Of a stretch of 64,000 nt of DNA, positions 13,074-25,265 are shown one piece after another. Position numbers and translations under genes: made by a program. The DNA is taken from positions 18,662,001-18,726,000 of the forward strand of contig CP075492.1 of NCBI GenBank assembly GCA_021613535.1, in the 5' to 3' direction. The stretch comes from Adineta vaga. Its lineage: Eukaryota; Animalia; Rotifera. Below the pieces are notes generated by a model that saw nothing but the letters and a program-made list of their open reading frames with translations, ran no database searches and had not been told where the DNA came from. Numbering within the stretch: position 1 is the stretch's first letter; each line of letters begins with the position of its first letter.

Positions 13074-15330
13074 TCATCGACTCGTCCCAAACACTACAAA
13101 TTCATTTTCAAAATTTTCCCGATTATTACTGCACAACAGTTCGCCTATTTTCAATAATGGAGCTGGTAAATTTTCGAGTTCTTTCGAATTTATTTTTGTT
13201 AAATCATATTGATTTGCTTGTTGGAAGTTTTCCAGTGCTTTTTGCGAATTATTCATAGACAGATATATCTGCGCAATCTTAAAATATAGAGTGGCAAGAC
13301 GGCTATCATCAGGATTTTGTAAAATAACTTCTAATTGTTTTTCGAAGTAATGCAACGAGAGTTCATAGTTTTCCAATTTGCCGTAAATTGTTCCTCTATT
13401 TTCGTAGGATTTTGTCAGTTCATTTTTGTTAGATGAGTTATTTAGCAAATTCATAAATAGTTGTTTTTGGAGGTATTCTAAAGCCATTTCATAATCTTTA
13501 AATTGCTTTTCATATACAAGGCCAATTGCTTCATATAATAATGGAAGTATACAGAGGTATTTATTACTGGTGATTGAATTTGAAAATCTACTGCTTGCTT
13601 ATAGTATGAAAGTTCGAGTAGAGTATAACCTAAGTGTCTGTAGACGGTACCAATTCTAAAGTAGATCATTACTATAAACAATTTATCATCTTCTCCAGAT
13701 AAATTATAATAATGATTCAAAGCCTTTTCAAAGCAATTTAATGCATAAGTATAAGCATTATTCATAAAATATATTCTACCCATAGTACCATAGATGAATA
13801 CTAGTATCTTATCATCTAATGGTAAAGATGCAAGTGCACATTTAAGAAGTTTTTCGTGCAGTTCTACAGAACATACTTAGATATTGAATTACTCGTTCAA
13901 ACATATTCGCTTCTAAAGACGTATATGTCATCAATTGATAGAGAACATACATCGATGGCATTTTCAATATTGTCCGAAGCTGATGATTCAACAACGTTGA
14001 GACTCCCAAAAACTGTGCCAATATTATTCAAAGTTAAACGCATATCAAGATGATTCGATGGTAATGACTTCTGTGAAAGTTCTAGTGATTTGTTAAGCAT
14101 AGTTAATGCAAGCTCTTTTTTATCTTGCAAAAGATATACATTATCCAAATTATTATAGATACCTGAAACGTCTGGATGATTTTCTGGCACATATGGTAAT
14201 AATATATAAAGTGCTTGCGTGTAATATTTTACTGACTTGTCAAAATCGAAATGTTCTTGATAAACTGATCCTAGATTATTGTATAGTGTTGATAGGTAAC
14301 GCTCGTTATCAGCTGTTTCAGAATCATGAAAGAGATCAAGTGCTTGTTTAAATCGACATCGAGCTGATTCAGTTTGTCCTGCATGAAGATCTATTAAGCC
14401 TATATTACTATATGTTCTGCCCAAAACATGGTTATTTGGTATAGAGAAATTCTCGTTCAGTACAATCACTTTGTCATAATATTGTCGAGCTGATTCATAA
14501 TCACCTTGCTTGTATTTTATAAGACCTAAATTATTGTAAACTAGATCAGTATGTTGATACTTGGAAGAGCATGCTTCGATAAATTTTCTTTTAAATGAAC
14601 AGCTTTCGTGTCCTGTGAATAGCACGTTAGGAGATAACGAAGGTGGTGTTGATTGTTTTAACAAGGCGAGAGAATATTTTTTTGCTCGGTCGAAGTCTCC
14701 CATATTCGTCAGATAGAATCTCAATGTGAGTAGTGTCGGTTCTTCATCTTGCATATAACTGAATTTTCTTATGCCAGCGAATGGTTTATTTGAAACTTTC
14801 ACACTTGCATGAATTTCAAAAAGTACAAATTCATTTTGTAGACGATCTTCACCATTACCAGCATAGATTAATGCAACTGCCCTATCAAAAGTCATTGATA
14901 AAAATGTATTCATTGTTATAAGACCGTCAGTATTTTCTGGAAGTTTTTCAAATTCTTCAATAGGCATAGTGAAATCACGATAGACAGTGAATGACGATTG
15001 TTTTCTTGTTTCTGCTTGATATAAGTTATTTAATTGTTGATGCAGATCACTGAAGAAAAGTCGAAATTGAAATATAGTATCGATATTTTCCGTTAGAAAT
15101 GCACGATTTAAAAGGCACTAGAGAAAGCAATCCCGTGTATACCAGAAAATGGCTTGATTCAGTTCATAATAATCTTCGAAATCTTTAATTTTTTCCAGTT
15201 CAACATCATTACCCGCGTATTGTGATGTACATGATTGAAGAAATTCCTCTTGAGAATAACTGTCATATAAAGTAGATATACGTTTTTTCGTGTTTGTTAA
15301 GATTTGACTTATCGTCGAAATTAGAGAGCT
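13074..15330 (-). pseudogene. ADP-ribosyltransferase (ART) + TPR protein, disrupted
   Basis: AIFWYTRDCFL* (premature stop 15118-15120), TVYR, NTFLSMT, LFEI, QDEE, then many TPRs (YNNLG, YSNIG) split across ORFs 13897, 13478 and 13074. Confidence 0.85.
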
Positions 15331-15739
15331 ACATATGTTGGAAAAGCAGAAACTGTATCGATATCGAACGATCAAACGAACGCAAATGACAGCAAAGACT
15401 GCATGTATTTTCGAATCTCTCATTACCATTTTTCTTTTCGCATGGTTTACTTTATAAACAGAATTGCATGTATGTACATGTATATGAAACACAAGCGACA
15501 ACACGTATCACGCAATCTATATGTAAATTAAAATTGGTAGCAAGGAAGTAACGCGCTCGCGATGTCGTCATATTTATGGCGTATCATGCACACCTGTATA
15601 GAACACATGCAGGTAGTTGAACAACGAATAACCAAAGACATATTCATTCATATCTCATTTGATAAAACATATTGAAGTACTAAAGGATAAAAGGATTTCT
15701 CCTTGATTCTCTTATTTTGGTAGTAATACTTGTCCGTTC

Positions 15740-15997
15740 AGTAATATATAATCATACTGAAAAGAAAATTCTTGGTCATGTAGTAGTGATAACATCTCCT
15801 TTATTCGGTCATATAATTCCGTTATTAGATTTTGCTAAACGTTTATCAGAATATCATTATGTTACTTATATTATATCTGCATCAAAACTTGATATTCTTA
15901 AACCATATGTATTTACTAACAAAACTGAAACTAATACAACGATACAATCAGGAATAGAATTTATCGGTTTAATCGATGGTATTAATGATGACTATCT
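15740..15997 (+). pseudogene. N-terminal fragment of a GT1 UDP-glycosyltransferase
   Basis: HVVVITSPLFGHIIPLLDFAKRL..H.VTYI matches the GT1 N-terminal GHxxP motif. Similarity ends at a degenerate hairpin repeat near 15997. Confidence 0.7.
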
Positions 15998-16578
15998 TGA
16001 GCGTGTGGGCGTTCAGTCTTCATCCATACCCGCATTCACCCTGAGATATATATATATAGTACTGTTTTCAAAATGGTAAAAACCGTTACGATGCTTCGTC
16101 ATGCAGGAGTCATTTTAGAAACAATAATTAAAGTGCATCGCTCCAGTTTTTCTTTCTTTTACTTCCGACCTCTTTTTTTTAATCTCTTTCTTGTTCTTCT
16201 CTTTTGTGAGAAACACCTCAGATTGTGAGTGGGCAAGAGTTGCGAGATTAAGAGTAAACCTTGTATCTGGACATCAGTTTTTCGTGGATCAAATTTGCTC
16301 GTGTGAGGATACCGGTGTAGATTTGTTATAGAAAAATGCTTAGTCAAATTATTGTACCCCCAAAATGTTCTTCTAAAGCTTTGTTGGAAATTTTGTCAAA
16401 ACAGAATAACAATGTACGTCAAGAACACACCTCATACATTTTTCCAAGAATGAAAGTACTCAATTTTGTAAGAACAATTCATGAGTAAACATTACTCATA
16501 AGCAGTGAAAAAGGGAGTATAAAACGACGTTGATGCCGTTCGCTTTTAGTCACAAAAAGAAATTTCATCAAACGGATA

Positions 16579-18048
16579 ATGAATTTTGTTGTTAGTTTCT
16601 TTTTATGTGATGGACCTGTAATTTCGGATCCGATTCGAATTCTAATCTATAGTTATTTGTTATTTGATTGTTTATTGGGCAAAATATCTGCACCACCTCT
16701 TGGTGATACTCCATTACAAGCTCATTTAATATTTCAGAAAACACATCCATTATTTTGGTGTGTGAAAAATGAATTCTCTCGTTTATTTTTATTTTTACAT
16801 AATCATAAATGTTTACAAATACTCGTTCGAATAGCAATAGTTTCATGGATCTGTTGTATAATAGGTTTTGGTGGTATTATTTCAAGATTAATAACAAGTA
16901 TATCAGTTTTCATTCTATCAACAACAATTATTGGTATTGGAAAAATAGGTGTTCGTCATCGTTGGTATGTTCCTACATGGACAATATTGGGATTAGTATT
17001 TACTAAATTTAAAATTTATAGTGTTGATTATTTAATTACTCAATATATTGATAATCGTTATTCTCTTGAACCAAGTCAAGTTATATTTGATAGTGGATTT
17101 TCATCCAAATTTATTCAATGTATTTCATTGTATACATTATTCGCTGCTGGTTTTAGTAAAATTCGACAAAGTGGTATTTCTTGGATATTTCCTGGTACAT
17201 TAATCTTTTATTTATCTGATCCAAGTATAAATAATTATACAATTTTGCCAAAATTTCGAAACACAATCAAACAATATATTATTAAAAAACCTATTCTTGT
17301 TGTGTTTCTAGCAATAAGTTCATTAATTATTGAATTAAGTTCAATTTTTGGAATATTCTTTGTATCTATACGTCTTACAATAGTTATAATAGCATGTCTT
17401 TTTCATCTTGGTATTCTCTTTTTATTAACTCCAAATTTTATACCACAATGTATTTGTTATTTAATGATAATTGATCTTCCATTTCAAAGTAAATTACATC
17501 AAATCAATATACCAGTTAGTTTATTTGATATAATTATTATAAGTATTACAATAATGATTTTAAGTGGTTATCTTCTTAGTTTATTCTATATATATGAAGG
17601 ATGGCCATTCACATCTGTACCAATGTTTTCACTGGATCGTCGACAATTTACTCATGATTATTTACTTGATGAAAATCAATTGAATAATTTAGCATATGAA
17701 TTACCTCTTTCAAATGGAATTTCTATTGGTTGTGAAGATCAATTTAGTTTCGGAAATACATGGATACGAATTACTAAAAATCAAGAAAATATTGATTTGA
17801 TTAAAGATATTTGTGTTCATTTATGTCCGTTTGAATTTACTTTTCGACATCGTTTATTAACAGCATTGATAAGATCTATTATAATTTCGAGAAATGAAAT
17901 GAATATATTTCTTAGTAATATATATCTTGTATTATTATCAAATAATTCACAATTAGTTGTTACAGAGAACGATTTTCTTAATGTTGATATTCATTTTAGA
18001 AATGGATGGAAAACTTATTCAACAACTGAACACCTTAAAGCAGCTTAA
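16579..18048 (+). CDS. Intronless polytopic membrane protein, HTTM-domain-like
   Basis: 489-aa ORF with many TM segments: GKIGVRH, YTLFAAGFSKIRQSGISW, IEL, LFHLGI, EGWPFTSVPMFS. Confidence 0.7.
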   Translation: MNFVVSFFLCDGPVISDPIRILIYSYLLFDCLLGKISAPPLGDTPLQAHLIFQKTHPLFWCVKNEFSRLFLFLHNHKCLQILVRIAIVSWICCIIGFGGIISRLITSISVFILSTTIIGIGKIGVRHRWYVPTWTILGLVFTKFKIYSVDYLITQYIDNRYSLEPSQVIFDSGFSSKFIQCISLYTLFAAGFSKIRQSGISWIFPGTLIFYLSDPSINNYTILPKFRNTIKQYIIKKPILVVFLAISSLIIELSSIFGIFFVSIRLTIVIIACLFHLGILFLLTPNFIPQCICYLMIIDLPFQSKLHQINIPVSLFDIIIISITIMILSGYLLSLFYIYEGWPFTSVPMFSLDRRQFTHDYLLDENQLNNLAYELPLSNGISIGCEDQFSFGNTWIRITKNQENIDLIKDICVHLCPFEFTFRHRLLTALIRSIIISRNEMNIFLSNIYLVLLSNNSQLVVTENDFLNVDIHFRNGWKTYSTTEHLKAA

Positions 18049-18755
18049 ATGACAGAGAAAAAAACTTTGTTATATTTTTTTCTGTTATAGAAAAATATTT
18101 TGATTATTAAATAAATATTCATTTACAGAAAAAAGAAGAAAAATGTGCAGTGCCTCGAAAGAATTCGAGAATTAGTAAAAATTAATGGAAGCACCAAGGG
18201 TAGGTTTATAGTCTCTCCAAAGTGAAAATCATGGTACCGCCATTACTTTAGAATTTCGTTAAATAAGTCTATATTGGGTATAATTCTTCACAATAATAAT
18301 AATTAGTCATCTGATACATAAATATTGACAAAAAAGAACTTGCATAGTCATGACAAATCTATTTTTCTACATAAGGTTTTTTCCAACGTTTTAAAATCGA
18401 ATCATAAAAGGATAAATTTTCTGTTTCTTATCATTAAACTAAAATTTGTATCCTTCATTCTTCTCAATTCATAAAAACAATTGTTTCGAACATTATTTTT
18501 GATTATTTTTAAATATAGATTTATTCTAATGAAGAAGTTTATTTCCGATGGTTATAGATGTCGCTCTGTTAGTAAATATCATGATTCATATTTTTTCGTT
18601 TGATAGAATTGACATGAATAAATGAAAGAAATCACATGACGATACTTCCGAATCGTCACCAAATGACATTTTACGTATGATATTTCAGTGGTATTGATCC
18701 TCTTTCTGTATTTTATGGACTTATTTCTCGTTTCAATGTTCTTCTTTATAAAGAA

Positions 18756-19299
18756 CTAGCGGAGATACCCGCTGCAAAAACGACACAATTTACGTTTTTT
18801 ATCTACAGCAGTGCTTTTCTTATCACCCACAGGACCTCCTCGTTCGTATTTATCCGTCGTGTATCAGAAAATCCTCACACCCTCCTTTTCCGCCCTGACT
18901 TAGTTAGTGTAATCTTTCAGGTCGTCACTCAGCGTATGTTACCTGTCTTCCACACGTGTTTCTCCTCCGTACTGAGATCCTTCCTATATCCCTTTTCGCG
19001 TCATGCACCAGGTCTTTTTTCAGAACTTCGCATCTCTTCATTAGTTCTTTCCTACAGATTTTGTCTGGCTTTGTATACGATATACAGCTCTGTTCCTTTT
19101 AAATCCACTCCTACTGTCCCGCTGCAACTCCAGTCCCATTCTACACCCACTGTCCCGCTGCAACTTCAGTCCGATTCTACACCCCATGTCGACCTTCCTC
19201 TGGATTGAGGGAAGCATTGTGGAAAGTTTGGTGACGTTAGCTATTACAGGGAACGTACGCATAACGAACAAACTTTCTTCTTTATATATATATAGAAGA
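18756..19299 (-). mobile_element. Non-autonomous Helitron-like element
   Basis: On the minus strand it begins A|TCTTCTATATATATA and ends GCGGGTATCTCCGCTAG|T: 5' TC, 3' CTAG, A^T target and a GC hairpin. It shares sequence with 19526-19935. Confidence 0.65.
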
Positions 19300-19525
19300 T
19301 TATATAGATAGATAGATACATATCGATTAAAGAACCTTTAATTGGCACATTTATTGCAAGAAATAAATAGTATTAAATAAAAAAACCTCAAAAGTGGAGC
19401 ACATTCTGTAAGTTTCTACCAAAATAACGACAATTGAAATTCAATACGACTTGGGTGAAATTTCACCCAGACACAGATTCCCATCCTCAAATCAATTTAT
19501 TTTGAAACGGAACATGTAAATTATC

Positions 19526-19872
19526 GTAGATGTGCGCTCAGACGGCCTTCGGCCGCCTTCGCTATCAATTATTTAAAGCTTTTGAGATGCTGCAATCCTA
19601 TTGGTCAATTTCATAGATTGCCTGTAGGAAGCGCAGAATTCATTTTTTTCGGACCAAAGTAAAGGACGACCTTCGCGTGGGCCTAGAGAAGCATTGTGGA
19701 AAGTTTGGGAATGTTAGCTATCATTGAACTGCCTGGGTGAAATTTCACCCACGCTCCCCACCCTCACCTCCCAATGACCATTCTAACCCCATGTCGACCT
19801 TTCCTGGGACCTAAGGAAGCATCGTAGAAAGTTTGGTGATCGTGGCTATTACAGCGACTGAATGCATAGCGA

Positions 19873-19910
<38 letters not shown>

Positions 19911-19935
19911 TTTCTTCTTTATATATATAAATAGA
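19526..19935 (-). mobile_element. Related non-autonomous Helitron-like element with (ACAG)n microsatellite
   Basis: Same end caaactttcttctttatatata; shared gtcgacctt..gaagcat.gt.gaaagtttgg block (two copies); hairpin cggccttcggccg at 19543-19555. Confidence 0.55.
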
Positions 19936-20597
19936 TATTTTCCACATGATTTAAATTTTACCTTTATATCAACAATATTTCCCATTCATAATTGATCGAA
20001 TTATTTCTTTACACATTGACAATAGAGGACATGCCTGTACCAGAATCGATCTCTTTCGATCATATATACATCATATCATTTAGTTTATTCACTCAATTAC
20101 GATTACTGACATTTCAATTTATTAAATCATATAAAATGCTAAGAAATGTTATTAATGAATGTCATCAACTTGTTCTTTTGAAATTCTGTATGTCTATTGG
20201 AAGATAATAATACAGATATCCAGTGGATTGTTGATAGTATCTTATGGAGTTTACCTAAATTAACTTCTTGTACTTTTGATACTCGTATACTCATGATTTT
20301 ATCTTTCGGAATAAAAAGTACTTTACAATGCCTAAAACAATCTTATTATCTATGGAATACTTGTATGTACCTACGGCGTTTGAATTAGTACCAGGTAAAA
20401 TAAATCATTTGATAAAGTAAATGTCTCATCTCAAACATCTTTCTATACGTTCAAAGTTTATTGTTACCGAGAACAGTGTATTATATGGATGTCCAATGAT
20501 AACAAAATCAGACATAACAATCTATGAATCGCCTATAGGATTGATCAAATAGACTATTTATTGAAACATTTTTCTAATTTAATTCATTTAAAAATTT

Positions 20598-20663
20598 CGA
20601 GGGTGTGGGTGAGGGTATGTGCTCTTTACTTCAATCTCACCAACGCTCACACCCATCCTCAAG
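20598..20663. repeat. Telomere-like hairpin element
   Basis: gagggtgtgggtgaggg...cacacccatcctcaag, just past the 3' end of the FkbM gene. Confidence 0.75.
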
Positions 20664-20784
20664 TTGGCACCATCTTTTCCTGAGCACATGATCTCATTAC
20701 ACGAAACAAAAAAAGAAAGATAAAGACATTGTATAAATATTGATATTATTTGACACTGCTTTTTTATATAATACTCCAGATCAA

Positions 20785-21969
20785 TTAGATATGAGTAATA
20801 AGAAGTCTATCTAGAAAAAGTCGAAGATGCTTCTCTTCTCTATGAACACATAGCACATTACTCCACCGTTTAATTTCAAAGACAGGCGACCAACAGTTTG
20901 TCAGACGTGCTAAACCTGTTTTACCAAGCATATAACAGATAAAACCTTCTTTACTTAAAAATTCGATGACTGTTAATAGACTAGTTGTTTTCCAAGTACC
21001 AACTCCATGATTTTCAAATATAAGCAATCTGATTTGCTTTTTTGAGAATAGTTTCTTTGCTCCTTGAAGAACAAGTGGATCCGCACCTTCCGTATCAATT
21101 TTGAGTAAATCTATTTTCTGTTGTATATTTTTTTGTTCAACAAAATCATCAAGTGTCATTGTCGGCGTTTGAAAAATGTTGTCGTTGCTCGCAGTGTCAT
21201 CTCTAGTCATCAATCCGCATGCTTCTCCTCCCGCAGGACATTTCTTCATATTAGCTGTACCCGTAGTATTACTAATCGCTAATCGATGAACATGTAACGT
21301 CGAGAGATTCATCCAAGCGCATGCTTGATCAAGTATTTGATAAGTGCTTTTCATCGGTTCGAACGCATGAATTTTGAGTATAGTATCCATAGGATTATTT
21401 ATCTGTACAGTATTCAGTATTGTTTCATTGCAATCTGAGCAAACGCCACAATCATTGATCTTTAAAACCTGAGAGAGATATCTATACAAGCTTTTCGGAT
21501 TAATATCCTTTTCTGGCATCCACATAGATAACCATGAAACGATAGTATAACCTTTGTTTGCGCCAATGTCAAAGAAAAGTTTATTTTGCTGCGGTGATTC
21601 GTGTAAGTCAGCCAGATACATCATTGAGAGGTAATCGTTTCCGTAACAACTAGACCACAAATTGTCTTTGGATAAGACTTCTTGAAATTTATTCGCTTGT
21701 GTTAATATACTTGTTAAAGAACAGATCATTTCGTTGGAATAATTACTTTGCGACATTGTCTGCGACAAAGCAACAAGCTGCCATAGTTTGGATAAATGAT
21801 TTGAAAAGAGTTTATTTATAATGATAACATTTAATGTAACGAATGTTATCGATATAACAGATAGCATAAGAATAAAAAATGTGTGTCGACGGGTTATTCG
21901 CGTATACATAACTCGTAGTGACAAGATAAATATCTTAAACAATAAAAGTTGAAAAGAAGAACAGTTCAC
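20785..21969 (-). CDS. FkbM-family SAM-dependent methyltransferase with N-terminal membrane anchor
   Basis: FFDIGANKG, IHAFEP, TLDDF, IDLLKIDTEG, LIFE; intronless. The real start is probably the downstream Met (MYTRITRR). Confidence 0.9.
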   Translation of the reverse strand: MNCSSFQLLLFKIFILSLRVMYTRITRRHTFFILMLSVISITFVTLNVIIINKLFSNHLSKLWQLVALSQTMSQSNYSNEMICSLTSILTQANKFQEVLSKDNLWSSCYGNDYLSMMYLADLHESPQQNKLFFDIGANKGYTIVSWLSMWMPEKDINPKSLYRYLSQVLKINDCGVCSDCNETILNTVQINNPMDTILKIHAFEPMKSTYQILDQACAWMNLSTLHVHRLAISNTTGTANMKKCPAGGEACGLMTRDDTASNDNIFQTPTMTLDDFVEQKNIQQKIDLLKIDTEGADPLVLQGAKKLFSKKQIRLLIFENHGVGTWKTTSLLTVIEFLSKEGFICYMLGKTGLARLTNCWSPVFEIKRWSNVLCVHREEKHLRLFLDRLLITHI

Positions 21970-22559
21970 TTACAGCATAACCACATCGAATTCATAAAAA
22001 AAAGTCATGAACAGTTTGTAGGTATAATATTGCTATAAAAGAAGGAATAATACTCATAAGTAAGAATAGTAGAAATTAACACTGTTATAAACTTGGTACT
22101 GAATACATTAGATCATTCGATATAGTCTACGAATTCGAGGAGAATAATTTGGTCGGCAAACTATCTACTGTATATCCATGCCTTTGGCAATAAAATTGAA
22201 AGAGGCAAAATTCTACAAGAAATCTCATGTGACTATGTCATATTATAAGGGAAAATCAATCATTTTATGCTCTAAACTCTAAATCACTATATAATGCACA
22301 TAATTCTTTCTTCCGAAAGAAAGAGTTATAGGCATGTTAAAAACATTAAAGTTTCTTTGTCCAAGCCAATCAGGTGAAATTAGTTTCTAAATCAATAAAA
22401 ACTTACCCGTGATCATGAGACAATGATTCATCATAGATAATCGAGGTTACAGATCTCGAATCAGATGTTAATTTTTGAGATCGTGGCAAAATTTCAATCG
22501 TAACTAGTTTTCACCTATTTCTGATTACTAGTTTCTACTTTTTTAATATAGATGTCTGA

Positions 22560-22802
22560 AAAAAACCAAAGAGAAAAGAAGAAATCAGAAATCTACTAAC
22601 AGTCACACCGTCATATATCTAAAAAAGGAAAAGAAGAAATAAAAAAGCTATGTGCATTCATATCTTCATATTTAAAAAAGGAGAGGAAGATATTAGGCAT
22701 GTGTATGCACTCACATCTTCATATTTAAAAAAGGAAAAAAAAGAAAAAGGAAATCTCTGTGCATTCATACCTTCATATTTAACAAAGGAAAAGAAGAAAT
22801 AG
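22560..22802. repeat. Degenerate ~55-bp tandem repeat, 4-5 copies
   Basis: Recurring cttcatattta aaaaagga..agaagaaat ... tgtgcattca. Confidence 0.6.
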
Positions 22803-23208
22803 GAGGGTGTGGGTGTGTGGGTGTTAGATAGGTGTGATACTAACACACATCCTCACCATAACACCCACACCCACAACGAAGAGAATGTGTAAAAAAACGA
22901 ATATAAATTGAAATGTAAGTTATTAGTGTAGTTGAAAAAAAAGATAAATAAATATCGGATTTTATTCTCGTTTTAGTTAATAATTCAAGGATTAACAATA
23001 TTTTCTATCAATCAGATTGAGTATGTGGGTGTGGAAGAAGGAAAGAAGATCATTCTCACCATCAACCTCGTCTGATAAAATGCTTGAGCAAAGCCGAAAT
23101 AGATTATGGTTAGTTAGACTCACACATTTGCATGTGCTAATAGACTTTATCGTAAAAATAAAATAGCAGTGAAAAAGTGAAACAAGTGAATGATGCAAGC
23201 CAAATAGT

Positions 23209-24020
23209 TTATTCAATAGAGAAGCGTTGAATACGATGATTTTCAAAGTCGACGACATAAAGACGTGCGTGACTATCGAACATCAAACCCCTTAGAAAAT
23301 TGAACTTTCCAGGTTCTGCTCTCCTTCCATTATGACCTAAAATAATCTCACCGATATTTTGACGCCATCGCATTATTCTATGATTTTCCGAGTCTGCGAC
23401 ATAAAGAGTACCTTCCATATCAACAGCAATGTCAGAAGGACCATGTAATTGTGTGAGATTTCCTCCTGGACCTCGACCACCTGCCACGACAATACCATGT
23501 TTAACATCTTGCACCTATTTCACTACACGAGTATTGCCCCATTCTGATACATAAACAGCGCGCTCATGATCGACAAAAATAGAATTGATCTTGCTTAATT
23601 GATTGAGATCATTTCCTTCTTCACTACTACCTGCAACTATTGTTCCGTTCGTCAACATGCCGCCTTTTTCATAACGTCCTACTTCATGTTTACCGTTGTC
23701 AGCAACATAGATATGTCTTTCGTCATCGATCGCCATTCCTGAACATTTGATATTATCAATTACAATTTCACCACGAGTTGTACCATTTTCACGAGACCAT
23801 CGAACTATTCGTTGATTAGAGGCATCGCAGATGAGAAGAGAATTATTTTCTCTATCAATCAAAATATTAGTCGGACCATTCAACTGATTGGATTGATTTC
23901 CTGGCTTATTTCCATCAGCAATTATGCTACCTGTTGTATGACCAGGTTTCCATGACCTCCAGCAACAGTCGTTCCATTCTTTTTCCATGTAGCATTAAAA
24001 GACATGCTTAGAATTCCTAG
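23209..24020 (-). pseudogene. NHL-repeat beta-propeller protein with frameshift and in-frame stop
   Basis: NQLNGPTNI, ICDASNQRI, YVADSENHRI, YVVDFENHRIQRF; TAG at 23515-23517 where Trp is expected; frameshift near 23945. Confidence 0.8.
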
Positions 24021-24567
24021 CATATAAGAAAAGAAAGTAAAACAATCTTTCATTGATGTATGTGCAGATTTTCAAAAAAAACGAAATTTTCAAAATTTGA
24101 GAAATCCACTATTCATGGTAACGAGATAAAAGGAAAATCAAATAAAGAAAAGATTCAGTAGAAAACTATGAAAAGTTTTTTTACAGCAACTAGCAGATCA
24201 TTCCGAATCTTCTATTCTCATCCTAACATTACATTGTATGTTCCAACGTCATATGCTCTTCGGTGAGAACGATACGAACCATTCCGTTCTATTAAAACGG
24301 ACAATATATCTCAATACATCTATTAGTAAGTGGTATATTTAGATTTGATCGAAGATGTTATACATTTTTTTTCGTGGAAATTGACATGCTGCTGTATTCT
24401 TAATATGATGCAACTCTCTTACTTTGTAGGTGTCCAGATGAACATTTAGAACATGACTTTCCACTATTGTCAATAGTTGATTTCAAGTAACAACGTTGGT
24501 CCTCTTGATGCCAAGTGAATGCATTTCATTGACTATTTTTTTAGCAGGCAGCACAGCAGTCAGACGC

Positions 24568-24627
24568 GGGTGTGGGTGTAGATGTGAGTGAAGAAGATGC
24601 ACCCACACCCACACCCACACCCTCAAG
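24568..24627. repeat. Telomere-like hairpin element
   Basis: gggtgtgggtgtagatgtgagtgaagaagatgcacccacacccacacccacaccctcaag. Confidence 0.8.
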
Positions 24628-25265
24628 ATGCGTCATCTTATATTTTGTATTGACTCTCTGAAAATGAATAAATTATTTATAAACTAAGCCGGATTTATCA
24701 GCTCTGTAAAAAATGAGGTGTGGAGATTGGAAAAGAAATGATCGTGGAAACAATACATGACGATTATTTATATATACTTACGAGATGATGTCATTAATAG
24801 ATGAAGAAAATTCTATCTTGAAGCTGATTTGATGAATTTTGTGACGAATTAATAGTAAGAATAATATTTTCGTTCTTTGAGTTCATTATTTTATTGTTCT
24901 TTTTTTCTGATTAACAATCTTTTCTTGTATACTTATTCTTTACTTAAATGTCGTACATTATAGATCAATAAATATCATGATCATGTTTACCCCTTTCTTA
25001 TCTATTCTCATCTAGTCGAAAACAATAACGAAGAGATATTACAAATAATGTCAATATCGATTATTTATTTGAGTTTATTTTTATTGGAAATTTCCAAGAT
25101 ACCTTCACCATCTTCGTATTAGTCATCAACATACGTAATTTAAACAAATATGATCCTTTTTCCTTTTTTATTTTCTCTCTCGTCAGTTATGTTTGTGTTT
25201 TAGATATAACAAGTTACGTTTTCACTGAATTGTAACGAATTTCAATATAAATTTCGAATTCCTCT

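Noticed and set aside
20100-20600. F-box/LRR-like remnant
   Set aside because: Only scattered LRR-like words across broken frames; insufficient support.
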